Of a DNA stretch of 64,000 nt, positions 26,157-38,129 are shown one piece after another; position 1 is the first letter of the stretch, and each line of letters starts with the position of its first letter. This DNA is from Callorhinchus milii. Its lineage: Eukaryota. The notes below the pieces were generated by a model. That model was not told the origin of the DNA and did not search any database. It was given only the letters and a program-made list of their open reading frames with translations. The stretch is from NCBI RefSeq assembly GCF_018977255.1, contig NW_024704743.1, positions 65,226,001-65,290,000 on the forward strand. The letters run 5' to 3'. Both the position numbers and the translations under genes were made by a program.

Positions 26157-26962
26157 ACACTCTCTCCCTAGAGGGGCGCATCCTGCTTACCTAATTCTGG
26201 AAAGTATTAGGCGCAGGTTGGCAAAGCCAAGGCTTGGGGACCCCAGAGTGTGTACTGCTGGACTCTAATCAGCTAAAACTGCCCAGCTTTCCATTGATAA
26301 CACTGTCTGGCAAGCTTTTCTGCTGCTTTTCCAGAAAGGACAAATCTACACGTTAGAGTTTTGGCTTGCAGGGTTAACAGGAGCTAAATGGGAGAATTCC
26401 CTGGTTCCAGTGGCTGGTCTGCCCTTCTAAGTCCTGCTGATGATGCTGTCATCTGAGTTCCCTGAACTAATGCGGACTCGCCTGACTCAGGAACCAGACT
26501 ACCAAGACCGTCACAGAGTGCTGGCTTGATTCATGTACAAATGCGTGTGTGCTCTGACTCAGGAGTTCAGGACTCAGGACTCTGACTCGCTGCAGTTACA
26601 CCTGGTGGTCGCTGAGTCAAAGTGACACTGTGACATCGTGCGTCACAGAGCAGGAACCAAGTGGTGGGGGAATAAATAACGTTAAGTGGTGGGGGAATAA
26701 ATAAAGAACACAGACAAAGCTAAGCCACGACAACAACAACAAAATTACATTGTTAAAGCGCCTTTCTCCCCAGATGAGACCTCCCAGATGAGTATAGATT
26801 AAGATGAAATATATGTCTGTGTGTGTGTCAATCTACATTCTAGATTGGATCCTTTGGTTGCGAGCAAAGCCGCAATGGATACAACTAGTAAATCATAAAT
26901 TGCTTGCTAGAAGAAATCAGCATAAGGAAAATCTGACTCCTAAGTGAGAGCCTCCCAGTCAC

Positions 26963-27034
26963 TAGCAGAGGATGGTTTCGATCCATCGACCTCTGGGTTA
27001 TGGGCCCAGCACGCTTCCGCTGCGCCACTCTGCT
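26963..27034 (-). tRNA. tRNA-iMet (CAT)
   Basis: Exact 72-nt copy; palindrome mirror of 23893. Confidence 0.95.
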
Positions 27035-27282
27035 CCATGGCCACACTGAGACCTTCAAGTATTTTGTATCACGGCGTCAGGCAGTCAAATCAGAATTGGA
27101 ATCAAGCAGCTTAGACAAAGCAAAGTTTCCTTGTAACTCTGCTAGTTGAGTGGTGGTTTCAGCAATGTGTGGTATCTCTTACAGGTTTTGATTTGAAATG
27201 TATTGCCTGAAGCGATTGCAAATCCAACTTGCCTGTCTGACGCTTTGACATACGATGTGCGAAAGTCTCATTCTTGGCGCGT

Positions 27283-27354
27283 AGCAGAGTGGCGCAGCGG
27301 AAGCGTGCTGGGCCCATAACCCAGAGGTCGATGGATCGAAACCATCCTCTGCTA
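27283..27354 (+). tRNA. tRNA-iMet (CAT)
   Basis: Exact 72-nt copy; mirror of 23573. Confidence 0.95.
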
Positions 27355-28806
27355 GTCAAGGTGAGGCTCTCACGCAGGAGTTTTGCTGTGTCTTTATTTC
27401 TATTTCTTCAATTGACCAATTTGCGACATTTCATTGATTGAAAATTCAAACTGTCATTCGATGCAGTTTGCAAATAACATCAAACGAACAAAATGACCCA
27501 AACAATTCTTTCCTTTATAAGGTTTCCACAGTCATTGATTATTACAAAGAGCAAAGGCCCACTACAGCAAGACACGTCACGTGTGTCAGCCTGGCTCAGT
27601 GATAGCCCTCTCACTTCTGAGTCAGAAGGTTTGGGATTCAAGACCCACATTGGAACTTGGTATCACATCGTCTAAACTGATGCCCACTGCAGTGCTGTGA
27701 GTGAGCAGCATTGTCGGAGGTGCCGTCCATAGGATGAGACGTTAAACCGAGGTGACGTCTTCCTGTTCAGGTGGATGTTAAAGATCCCATGGCACTATGT
27801 GAAAAGAGAAGAGTCAACATTCCCCAAAATAAAATTGGTTATTCACTCCATGGTTGTTTGTGGGACACTGCTGTGTGCAACTAACTGCCGTGAGTCGCCC
27901 ACAATATACAGTCAATCCACTTTGCAGTATATCTTGTGAAATGCTTTGAGACGTCTCACTGATGTGATCAGGTGCTGTATGAAATGCAAGAATTATTGCA
28001 TTCGTCATGAAGTGATTAATTAGACATAATAATGGGAGCAATCAGGTTGTCAAAAAGTAATTATTGATCAGTGACCATATTTCCTGGGAAGTCTGTCAGG
28101 TCTGTACCTGATTGTTCTTGACTGAACTCTCTATTTTTATACCTGGTGGGTTATTGTGCAAAGCCCAGACTAATCAAATGGCACATACACGCTTTGTGGT
28201 TAAACCTCTTAGGCCCAATACTGTAGGGCATATTTACCAGCCGTGTTCAGACTGACAGGTGTCCATGTGCTGGCTGCCAACTCAAATATTTTCTTCCAAG
28301 TGTTCTCCCCGCTTCTCCTTATCAGAAGGCACATTCCTTGTGAACAAAGTCAAAGCCGGGATGTTTTTCAACATTAATTTTTGAGGTTGACATTTCAAGT
28401 TAAGTTTTTGGTTACAACAACAAATTACATTTGTGTAGCGCAGGAAGACGTCTCAAAGTGCTGGAAGGTCAGGTATCTGTACCTGAGCTGGTGGTTAGGA
28501 GCAGGAGGGGTGGAGGGCAGGGAGTGTAGGGGTATGAGGGTCACCGAAGGCACGGTGGAGGAGGAGGGTCTTGAGACAAGTCTTGAAGGAGGCAAGGGAG
28601 GATGGATTTCTAGAGGGTAGGGGAAGAGAGACTGAATGACTGCTCGCCAATAGTGGGGCGAGCAAGGCAGTGCTTCACATCCCAAACTATATACTGTATC
28701 CCGGGATATTATTTCCTCAACTAAATCTATCTAATTTGCTCTTGAAAAAATCGATGTACTCAATATAAGGCAAACCTGAGCTCCTGCGTGAGAGCCTCCC
28801 AGTCAC

Positions 28807-28878
28807 TAGCAGAGGATGGTTTCGATCCATCGACCTCTGGGTTATGGGCCCAGCACGCTTCCGCTGCGCCACTCTGCT
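28807..28878 (-). tRNA. tRNA-iMet (CAT)
   Basis: Exact 72-nt copy; mirror of 21710. Confidence 0.95.
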
Positions 28879-29081
28879 CCATGTCTACAATGAGACCTTC
28901 AAGCATTTTGTATCATGGCGTCAGGCAGTCAAATCAGAATTGGAATCAAGCAGCTTAGACAAAGTTTCCTTGTACACTCTGAGTGGTGGTTTCGGCAATG
29001 AGTTGCCTGAAGCGATTGCAAATCCAAATTGCCTGCCTGAGCCTTGACACAAAATGTGCGAAAGTCTCATTGTGGACACGG

Positions 29082-29213
29082 AGCAGAGTGATGCAGCGGA
29101 AGCGTGCTGGGCCCATGACCCAGCCTTCAGTCACCCTCATATCCCTACACTCCCTGCCCTCCACCCCTCCTGCTCCTAACCACCAGTGGATGGATCGACA
29201 CCATCCTCTGCTT
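29082..29213 (+). pseudogene. tRNA-iMet pseudogene split by a 63-nt insertion
   Basis: 5' half 29082-29123, insert 29124-29186, 3' half 29187-29213; mirror of the degenerate copy at 21402. Confidence 0.85.
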
Positions 29214-29632
29214 GTCAGTGAGGGCTCTCGCTCAGGAGTTTTGGGGTGCCCTTGTTTCTATTTCTTCAATTGACCTATTTTTGTCCATTTGGTTGATGGG
29301 AAATTCAAACTATGAACCGATGCAGCTTGAAAACGACATCAAATTAAGAAAATGACCTTATCGTCCAATGCTGCTTGCAACATGAGCTTTGCTGACTCTT
29401 ATTTTAATGTTCTTTGCAAAGTGAGTAAGACAGGAGCAGGCTGGGCCCAAAACCCATGGGTTGAAGAAAAAGCCATGCTCAGCTCGTGGTGACCTGCTAA
29501 GCATAGCATGCAGTATCAGCATTTCTTTCATAATTTATGAGGTAAAGGAAATTCAGAAAGCATCTTGTGATGTATAGTGCAGGAGGGACAATGATACAAA
29601 AATCTGGTGATTTCATCAGTGAGTAGTTAAGA

Positions 29633-29704
29633 AGCAGAGTGGCGCAGCGGAAGCGTGCTGGGCCCATAACCCAGAGGTCGATGGATCGAAACCATCCTCT
29701 GCTA
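29633..29704 (+). tRNA. tRNA-iMet (CAT)
   Basis: Exact 72-nt copy; mirror of 20911. Confidence 0.95.
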
Positions 29705-30358
29705 GTGCAATTATTTTGGTCAGCCGGGTGTCTGACACGTGCGGAAACCCATCACCATGTTTAAGAGTATCCAAACCAAACTGAGGATTCTGTGCATCCC
29801 ACCTACACATGGAAATTCCTGAGATGGATTCTTGGATTGGAATGCGCATTATCTCCCTGGAGGGATGCGTACCCAATTCTGGATGGAATGGCAAGAGCCA
29901 CAGCTAAAACCGCATAGCTTGTCATTGATATCGTTGTCTGGCAACCTTTCCACTGCCCGTCGAGCAAGGACCCCACTCTTACCTGTTTGAGCATATCGTA
30001 GCTTGCAGGATCTGCCTTTCTTTCCCAAAAGCATGCTTTTGCTAAGACCATTTGATTAGTCCGGGCTTTACAGATCGTGAATCAGGTATGAAAATAAAGA
30101 GTTCAGTCAAGATTGACTCTCAGCTGCCTGCTGCTCTCCCAGGAAATATGGTAACCAATGGGTCGACTCTGAAAGGTGTGCTCTGCTCGTGGTGACCTGC
30201 TTATCATAGCGTCCAAGATCTGTCTTTCTTTCATAATTCTGGAAGTAAACTACAAATGACTGTTTGAGGTAAAGGAAATTCAGAAAGGATCTTGTGATGT
30301 ACAGTGCAGGAGGGACAATGATACACAACCTGGTGATTTTATTAGCGAGCAGTCATAT

Positions 30359-30430
30359 AGCAGAGTGGCGCAGCGGAAGCGTGCTGGGCCCATAACCCAG
30401 AGGTCGATGGATCGAAACCATCCTCTGCTA
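30359..30430 (+). tRNA. tRNA-iMet (CAT)
   Basis: Exact 72-nt copy; mirror of 20185. Confidence 0.95.
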
Positions 30431-30662
30431 GTCAATGAGGGCTCTCACTCAGGAGTTGGCTCTATTTCTTTAATTGAGCAACTCAGGACTGTGATTGACT
30501 GGAAATTCACACTGGCCCATCCCATCCCATCCCATCTTTCGTGCCTGTTACTTTAATATTCTTTGCAAAGTGAGTTTGAGGCAGACAGGAGCAGGCGAGG
30601 TCCAAAACCCATGGGTTTATTAAAAAAAAGCTCAGCTTATGATCAGCTGCTTATCATAGCAT

Positions 30663-31440
30663 CCATAGAATCATAGAATTAAAAAGCACAGAAGAAGGAC
30701 ATTCGGCCCATCGTGTCTGTGCCATCTCTTTGAAAAGAGCTATCCAATTCAATCCCACTTCCCCGCTCTCTCCCTATAGCCCTGCAAACTTGTCCTCTCA
30801 AAATAATTACCTACTTCTCTCTTAAAAGTTGTTTTCGAACCGGCTTCCCCCACCCTTTTGGGAATGCATTCCAAATCCGAACAACTCGCAGTGTAACAAA
30901 ATTTCTCCTAACCTCCCTTCTGTTTCTTTTAACAAATATTTTAAATCAGTGTCCTCAGGTTACTAACCCACCCGCCAGTGGAAATACTTTTTCCTTGTTC
31001 TCCCTATCGAATCCCCTCATAATTTTAAAAACTTCTATTGAGTCGCCTCTTAACCTTTTCTGCTCCAAGGAGAATAGTCCTGGCTTCTCTCGCCTCTCCT
31101 CATAACTGAAGTCCCTCATTCCTGGTACCATCCTCGTAAATCTCCTTTGCACCGTCTCCAAAGCCTTGACATCCTTCCTAAAGTGTGGTGCCCAAAACTG
31201 AACATTGAGGCCTAACCAATGTTTTATAAAGGTTCATCATAACTTTGCTGACTTTTGTATTCTCTGCCCCTATTTATAAAGCTTAGTATCCCGTATGCTT
31301 TTTTAACAGCTTTATCTACCTGTCCTGTCAACTGCAAATATTTACTTATATGAACCCCCAGGTCTCTCTGTTCCTTCACCCCCTTTAATATTGTACCTTA
31401 TATTACCTCTCCCCATTCTTCCACCCAAAATGCATCACTT
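30663..31440 (-). mobile_element. CR1 3' fragment (mirror of 19178-19958)
   Basis: ORF 30955..31161 METVQRRFTRMVPGMRDFSYEER. Confidence 0.88.
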
Positions 31441-32810
31441 CATAACATAACATAACATAACATAACATAACATAACATAACATAACATAACATAACATAA
31501 CATAACATAACATGTAGGAGCAGGAGTAGGCCATTTGGCCCTTCGAGCCTGCCCCGCCATTCAATCATGGCTGATCTTCTAATCTAACTCCAGCTAATAA
31601 CCTGACTCTGCCTTATCCCCATATCCCTTAATCCTTTTTGCAATAAGAAACATATCTATCGCAGTCTTGAATATGTTCAAGGACTGAGCGTCAACAGCCC
31701 TTTGGGGTAGCGAGTTTCATACATTCACTACCCTTTGAGTGAAGAAGTTCTTCCTCAACTCAGTGCGAAAGGGCTGCCTCTGATTTTAAGGTTGTGATCC
31801 CTGGTTTTAGTTTCTCCAACCAGAGGAAACAATCTCCCACTATCTACTCTATCATGCCCTGTGATGATCTTATAGGTTTCTATAAGATCCCCTCTAATTC
31901 TTCTATATTCCAGAGAATATAGGCCCTAATTGGTCAGCCTATCCTCGTAACTCATTGCCTTCATCCCTGGCACTAACCGAATAAATCTACGCTGCACCCC
32001 CTCCAAGGCAAGTACGTCCTTCCTTAAATGAGGAGACCAAAACTGCACACAGTATTCCAGGTGTGGTCTCACCAGAGCCCTATATAGTTGCAGCAAAGAC
32101 TTCCCTACTCTTATACTCTAATCCTTTCATAATGAATGCTAACATACCATTCACCTTCCTAATTGCTGCTGCCCCTGCAGACTAACTTTCTGTGATTGGT
32201 GTACAAGGACACCCAAGTCCCTCTGGACGCTAACACATTCCAATCTCTCCCCTTCTAAAAAATAACCCGCTCTACTGTTTTTGCTATCTCGGTGGATGAC
32301 TTCGCACTTCCCTACATTATACGTTATCTGCCACCTACCTGCCCAATCACCTAACCTATCTATGTCATGCTGCATTTTTTTAATGTCATCCTCTGTGTTG
32401 ACACTTCCTCCTAGTTTTGTGTCATCCGCGAATTTAGATATATTAACTTTGATGTCCTCATCTAGATCGTTGATGTAGATGGTAAATAGCTGAGGTCCGA
32501 GGACTGATCCTTGTGGCCCTCCACGTGTCACATCCCGCCAATCTGAAAAGGACCCGTTTATACCTACTCTTTGTTTCCTACCCGTTAACCATTCCCCAAT
32601 CCACATTAATATGCTCCCCCCAATTCCATGGACCCTTATCTTTTGGACTAAGCTTTTATGCGGCACCTTATCGAATGCCTTCTGGAAGTCCAAATAGACC
32701 ACATCCACTGATTGACCCTTATCTCATTTACTGGAAATATCCTCCAAAAACTCTTATGAGATTTGCCAAACATGACTTCCCTTTTGTAAAGCCACGTTGA
32801 GGAGGAGGAC
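31441..32810 (-). mobile_element. 5'-truncated CR1 LINE (mirror of 17885-19176)
   Basis: ORF 32151..32708 with DVVYLDFQKAFDKVPH, PQGSVLGPQLFTIYINDLD and FADD; (cataa)n tail on +. Confidence 0.92.
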
Positions 32811-32972
32811 TGTTTACTACATGATTTGCCTTTCTTTCATAATTCTTGAATGGAAGTATATATGACTTTGTGAGATGATGATGACGATGATGATGTAAAG
32901 AAAATTCAGAATTGATCTTGTGATAGATGATGTAGGGGACAATGAGGTGATTTCATGAGTGAGCAGTTGTGT

Positions 32973-33044
32973 AGCAGAGTGGCGCAGCGGAAGCGTGCTG
33001 GGCCCATAACCCAGAGGTCGATGGATCGAAACCATCCTCTGCTA
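32973..33044 (+). tRNA. tRNA-iMet (CAT)
   Basis: Exact 72-nt copy; mirror of 17648. Confidence 0.95.
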
Positions 33045-33196
33045 GTTCAGTGGTAATTTCAGCAATATGTGCTATGTTTTGCAGTTTTTGAATTGAAACC
33101 AAATGAGCTGCCTGAGGTAATTACTATCCTTAATTGTCTGGCTGATGCCTTAATACTAAATGCTTGAAGATCTTATTGCTCAGCAACTAAGCATGT

Positions 33197-33256
33197 AGCA
33201 GAGTGTCACAGCGTAAGTGTGCTGGGATCGTAAACCCAGAGGGCGAAGAATCGACA
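33197..33256 (+). pseudogene. Highly decayed, 3'-truncated tRNA-iMet relic
   Basis: Mirror copy of 17436-17495. Confidence 0.65.
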
Positions 33257-36200
33257 ATGCAGCACATTCCCACATCAGCAACGGATGGTTAGTATAGACC
33301 ATATGCGTTCTGAGTCACAACGTAGGGCTTGAACCCACAACCTTCTGACTCTGGTGCAAGAGTGCTACCAACTGAACTAGGTTGTCATATTTAACAGAAA
33401 AGTCAATGAATACTTGAAAGAGAAGGGAATAGTGGGGTATGGGGGAAGGCTCGGGAGGGGCATTAGGATGAGTGGAAGTTTATGTAGCATATGAATAATG
33501 TCCTTGATTGAGTTCACAATCCTAATCCTCACACACTAATTCATTCCTACACCAGCATCCCCTGCCTTTCTGACAAGCTTTTTCCCCACTCTTCTGCCTG
33601 CAACCCCTACTGCTTCTTAATCTTGTTTCTTAATTTGTTTGTTAACCTGTTGAGGTTTGAATTTTCCTTTTTTATTTTTTAAAATAATTCTCATGCAGCA
33701 GAAAATCTTTGCACAGTAATGTCTGTCGTATATTGTCGTGTACCCAATTTCCTGTAAAAATAATTGACGTAATTGCAGCACCGAACGTCAGCCACTGAGT
33801 GGCACTGTTTAAAAAGGAAGCTGCTTACAGACAGAAATTGAATGCAACAACAATAACCTTTCCTTTAGAGGAGACCATGAATTCCTGTTCAGGTGGATAT
33901 TAAAGATTCCATGGCATTATTCAAAAAGAGAAGGGTGTTTTGCCCAGTTTTGCCCATAAATACAAGTTGTTTTTTGTAGACTAAGTGAGTTCAAAGTCCC
34001 AAAGAAAATGACACACTCCTGCAAAGTGTGTCACCAAATATATTTTCTGAAATATCTTTTTGTGTGACAGTATTGTTTTATGAATCATCACAGAGGTGAA
34101 GCTGCCGACTGTTCAGTTGTGGTGTGTTTGTGAGAAACTATGCCTCAATTATGGAAATTTATGTCACTCTATTTCTCTCAATACTAATTTACTCAGTGAT
34201 TAAGATTCTTATAGAAAATAACTAAAAGTTTCCTGCAGTTTTAACGCTTGTTAAAAGCAAAGCAGAATTTATCCTATCATTTCAAGTTCCTCCCTGGAGA
34301 CCTGTCCTGACAATAACATTTCTCTCTGGTCGACAAAACCAGCACAAGGGGCATAATCTTTAAATTATAACTAAACACGTTAAAAGTGTTGTAAACGATA
34401 TCTGGAGTAAGTGTAGGGAAATTAGATTAAAATATAAAGAGTTGCCATGTTTTAGTACAATGATAAAGCAGACTTGATGGTCTGAATGACCTCCTGACGT
34501 CAAAGACGTTACATGAATTCAATTTTCCATTCCATCCCTTCACTGTGAGATTGATGAATGTGGATACAATTTTTTATTATCTGCTACGGTCTCATTTGCT
34601 TACATTCCAGATCACAGCAAAATGTCTTTCTTTTCCCCTGAACGCAATATTCTTTAATTCCAAGATATCATTAATTATTGTAGAAACTGTAGGATTAATG
34701 TTTCTGAGTAATGGGTCCAACACACATCTCCTCTGCTATTCTCTGTACAATAATTTCCTTTAAATGTTGTACTTGTATCTCTACTGTTCAGACTAATTGT
34801 TCAAACATTAGACACGTTTGCCATTTATTCTGTAATGTACAACTTGTGACGCCTATTATTTTACTTTGTTTTTTCAATAAACAAACATGCATATGACATG
34901 CAGTGTATTTCCACGGGAAACTAAATAATAAATAAATAATAACAAATAAATAATAAATGGAAATAATAAACAAATAATAAATACAAATAATGGAAACTAA
35001 ATAATAAACGCAGCTTGTGAACACCCAGGTCTGTAGCGCCCCCAAGTACTTACTGGGGAGAAATCTTGAGGCCATAGGTGGTGCAGGCTCAAGGTGACCA
35101 ACAAAGTGAGGCTTTTCGGATGTATTTTGAAGTGAACACACACTTAATGTGCCAGAAAAGATAACCAAACTGCGATGTAGGTACACTCTTTAACACAATG
35201 TAGCAACGTTTGAGCGAAACTTTTTTTGATATCCATATTTAATGTCAAGTGGATGTCTCAAAACACAGGGTTTACCGTAAAGTGTAGCAACTGCGTGTTC
35301 CGTCGGCAAATAACACATAATGTCTGCAACAAATAACCATAGAGCGAATAATTATTTGGGAGGTTGTTAGTCAGACACAGGGACTCATGTTACTTGAACC
35401 AGGTACGTTACCGTTTTTGTTTTGGTCAACTGGTTACCTTGGATACCCATCACTGTGCTCAAGAGTACTCAGACCAGACTGGGGTTCAGCTGTACTGCCT
35501 CCATATGGAAGTATCCCTGGGTCTGGAATGAAATGCACACTTTCTCCCTGGAGGGGTGCATCTCGCTCACCTGCTCCCGGAGAGTATTCAGGTGCAGGTC
35601 GGCGAGAATCAAGAGTTGCTTCACCAGAAGTGTGTTGGGATATCCCGTGGAGATTAATAATAATAATCCTTGCATTTGATATAGCGCCTTATCACGTCTT
35701 TGAGACGTCTCAAAGCGCTTCACAGCATATACCGTAAAGTGAATTGACTGTACATTTTAACCAGCGGAAACCGTACAGCTTCAACCGCAACGTGACCTTT
35801 TCTAGCGCTCTTCACGTGGATAGCGTCTCGGAACACTTAAGTAGTTAAATAACGATGGCATATGATGCCGTTAAGGGCACTGTCTGGTAAAACAAATTAG
35901 GTCACAGTAGTATCCAATTTGCCTACGAAACACACAGTCCCTGTACTTTGCGGTATATTCTGTGAAGCGCTTTGAGACGTCTCGAAGCCGTGATGAGATG
36001 CAATATCAAATACGAGGATTATTATTATTATTATTATTATTATTATCATCAGATATCAGCAAAGGTGCAATATCCAGTGTAGGGATTATTATGCATTATT
36101 AAATGCTTTTCCCCTCCAGGCTGAGAGACAGGCACAGCGCTGTGTGATGTTGCATGGTGCCTGGGGTGGCAGGAGGGGAGCGATGCCCAGTCCATGTGCA

Positions 36201-36315
36201 GAGAGAGGGCAGGCGGGCAGGCCTGTGACTGACAGGCAGCCGAGCGTTGGCGGTGCCAGTTACAGTCACACAGAGCACAAGGCGGAGCGACTCCGGACCC
36301 AAAGCAGCGCCGACA

Positions 36316-36922
36316 CCGGCACCCACACCCCCGGCACCCACACCCCCGGCACCCACACCCCCGGCACCCACACCCCCGGCACCCACACCCCCGGCACCCA
36401 CAGCACCCACACCCCCGGCACCCACACCCCCGGCACTCACACCCCCGGCACCCACACCCCCGGCACCCACACCCCCGGCACCCACACCCCGGCACTCACA
36501 CCCCCGGCACCCACACCCCCGGCACCCACACCCCGGCACCCACACCCCCGGCACCCACACCCCCGGCACCCACACCCCGGCACCCACACCCCCGGCACCC
36601 ACAGCACCCACACCCCCGGCACCCACACCAGAGAGAGCCGAGGCCGGCAGTGTTGGCAGGGCTGTGCAGTGCAGGGCAGTGCAGAGCTGTGTGTGCAGGG
36701 CAGTGTGTGCAGGGCAGTGCAGGGCAGGGTGTGCAGGGCAGTGATCCCAGGCAGAGTGTGCAGGGCAGGGTTTGCAGGGCAGGGTGTGCGTGCAGGGCAG
36801 TGTGGGCAGGGCAGGGCAGTGTGTGCAGGGCAGGGCAGTGTGTGCAGGGCAGGGCAGTGTGTGCAGGGCAGGGCAGGGCAGTGTGTGCAGGGCAGGGCAG
36901 TGTGTGCAGGGCAGGGCAGGGC
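36316..36922 (-). repeat. Right-arm copies of the G-rich and (ccctg)n satellites
   Basis: ccggcacccacacccc and gcagg units; much shorter than in the left arm. Confidence 0.9.
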
Positions 36923-37737
36923 TCGGGGCAGTGAAACCTATTGTTGTGGATGTGAACAATGACCAGAAAGCGATCCCGACGGCGGGACAGTGACTATATA
37001 CAGTCAATCCACTTTGCAGTATATCTTGTGAAATCCTTTGAGACGTCTCAACTATGTAATAAGGTATTATATCAAATGCAAGAATTATTATTGTTAAAGC
37101 TCTTAAGCCCATTACTGTAGGGCATATTTACCAGCACTGTTAGACTGACAAGTGTCCATGTGGTGGCTGCCAACTAAAATATTTTCTTCCAAGGGTTCCC
37201 TCCACTTCTCCTTTTAAGAAAGCACATTCCTGGTGAGCAAAGTCAAAGCCAGGGTTTTTTCAGTATCAGTTTTTGAGGTTAACATTTTATGTTAACACTT
37301 TCCTTACACCTATGTATCATACATCACAACAACAACTACAAATTACATTTGTGTAGCGTCTTTCAAGTCAGGAGGACGTTCCAAAGCACTGAACAGTCAG
37401 CGATCCGCACCCGAGCTGGTGGTTGGGATCATGAGGGGTGGAGGGCAAGGAGGGTAAGGGTAAGAGGTTGACTGAAGGCAAAGAGGAGGGTCTTGAGATG
37501 GGTCTGTAAGGGGCAAGGGAGGGATTATGGGATGGATTTCCAGAGGGTGGGGGCAGAGAGGCTGAAGTCCCACCCAAGGGTGAGGCGGGCAAGGCGAGGA
37601 ACGTGAAGCACGTCCCAAATATTTACTTTAACCCAGGACATTATTTCCTCAACCAAATCTATCAAACGGCTCTTGAAAGAATCAATATACTCAATGTAAA
37701 TAAAACCTGAGCTCTTGAGTGAGAGCCTCCCAGTCAC

Positions 37738-37809
37738 TAGCAGAGGATGGTTTCGATCCATCGACCTCTGGGTTATGGGCCCAGCACGCTTCCGCTGCGC
37801 CACTCTGCT
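37738..37809 (-). tRNA. tRNA-iMet (CAT)
   Basis: Exact 72-nt copy; divergent partner of 38058. Confidence 0.95.
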
Positions 37810-38057
37810 ACGCGCCAAGAATGAGACTTTCGCACATCGTATGTCAAAGCGTCAGACAGGCAAGTTGGATTTGCAATCGCTTCAGGCAATACATTTCAAA
37901 TCAAAACCTGTAAGAGATACCACACATTGCTGAAACCACCACTCAACTAGCAGAGTTACAAGGAAACTTTGCTTTGTCTAAGCTGCTTGATTCCAATTCT
38001 GATTTGACTGCCTGACGCCGTGATGCAAAATACTTGAAGGTCTCAGTGTGGCCATGG

Positions 38058-38129
38058 AGCAGAGTGGCGCAGCGGAAGCGTGCTGGGCCCATAACCCAGA
38101 GGTCGATGGATCGAAACCATCCTCTGCTA
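38058..38129 (+). tRNA. tRNA-iMet (CAT)
   Basis: Exact 72-nt copy. Confidence 0.95.

Larger units (their letters stand above)
26587..36985 (-). repeat. Right arm of large inverted segmental duplication
   Basis: Collinear inverted copy of 11808-24315 with arm-specific indels. Confidence 0.93.

Noticed and set aside
29124..29186. Insert as a genuine tRNA intron
   Set aside because: Wrong position (not 37/38), the host tRNA is already degenerate, and the insert derives from a nearby repeat.
11808..36985. Palindrome as a simple fold-back read artefact
   Set aside because: Arms differ by a SINE, several indels, substitutions and repeat lengths, and there is a 2.3-kb spacer. A haplotype mis-join still needs read-level checking.
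36049..37112. ORFs of 150-337 aa in the right-arm satellites
   Set aside because: Same satellite artefact as the left arm.
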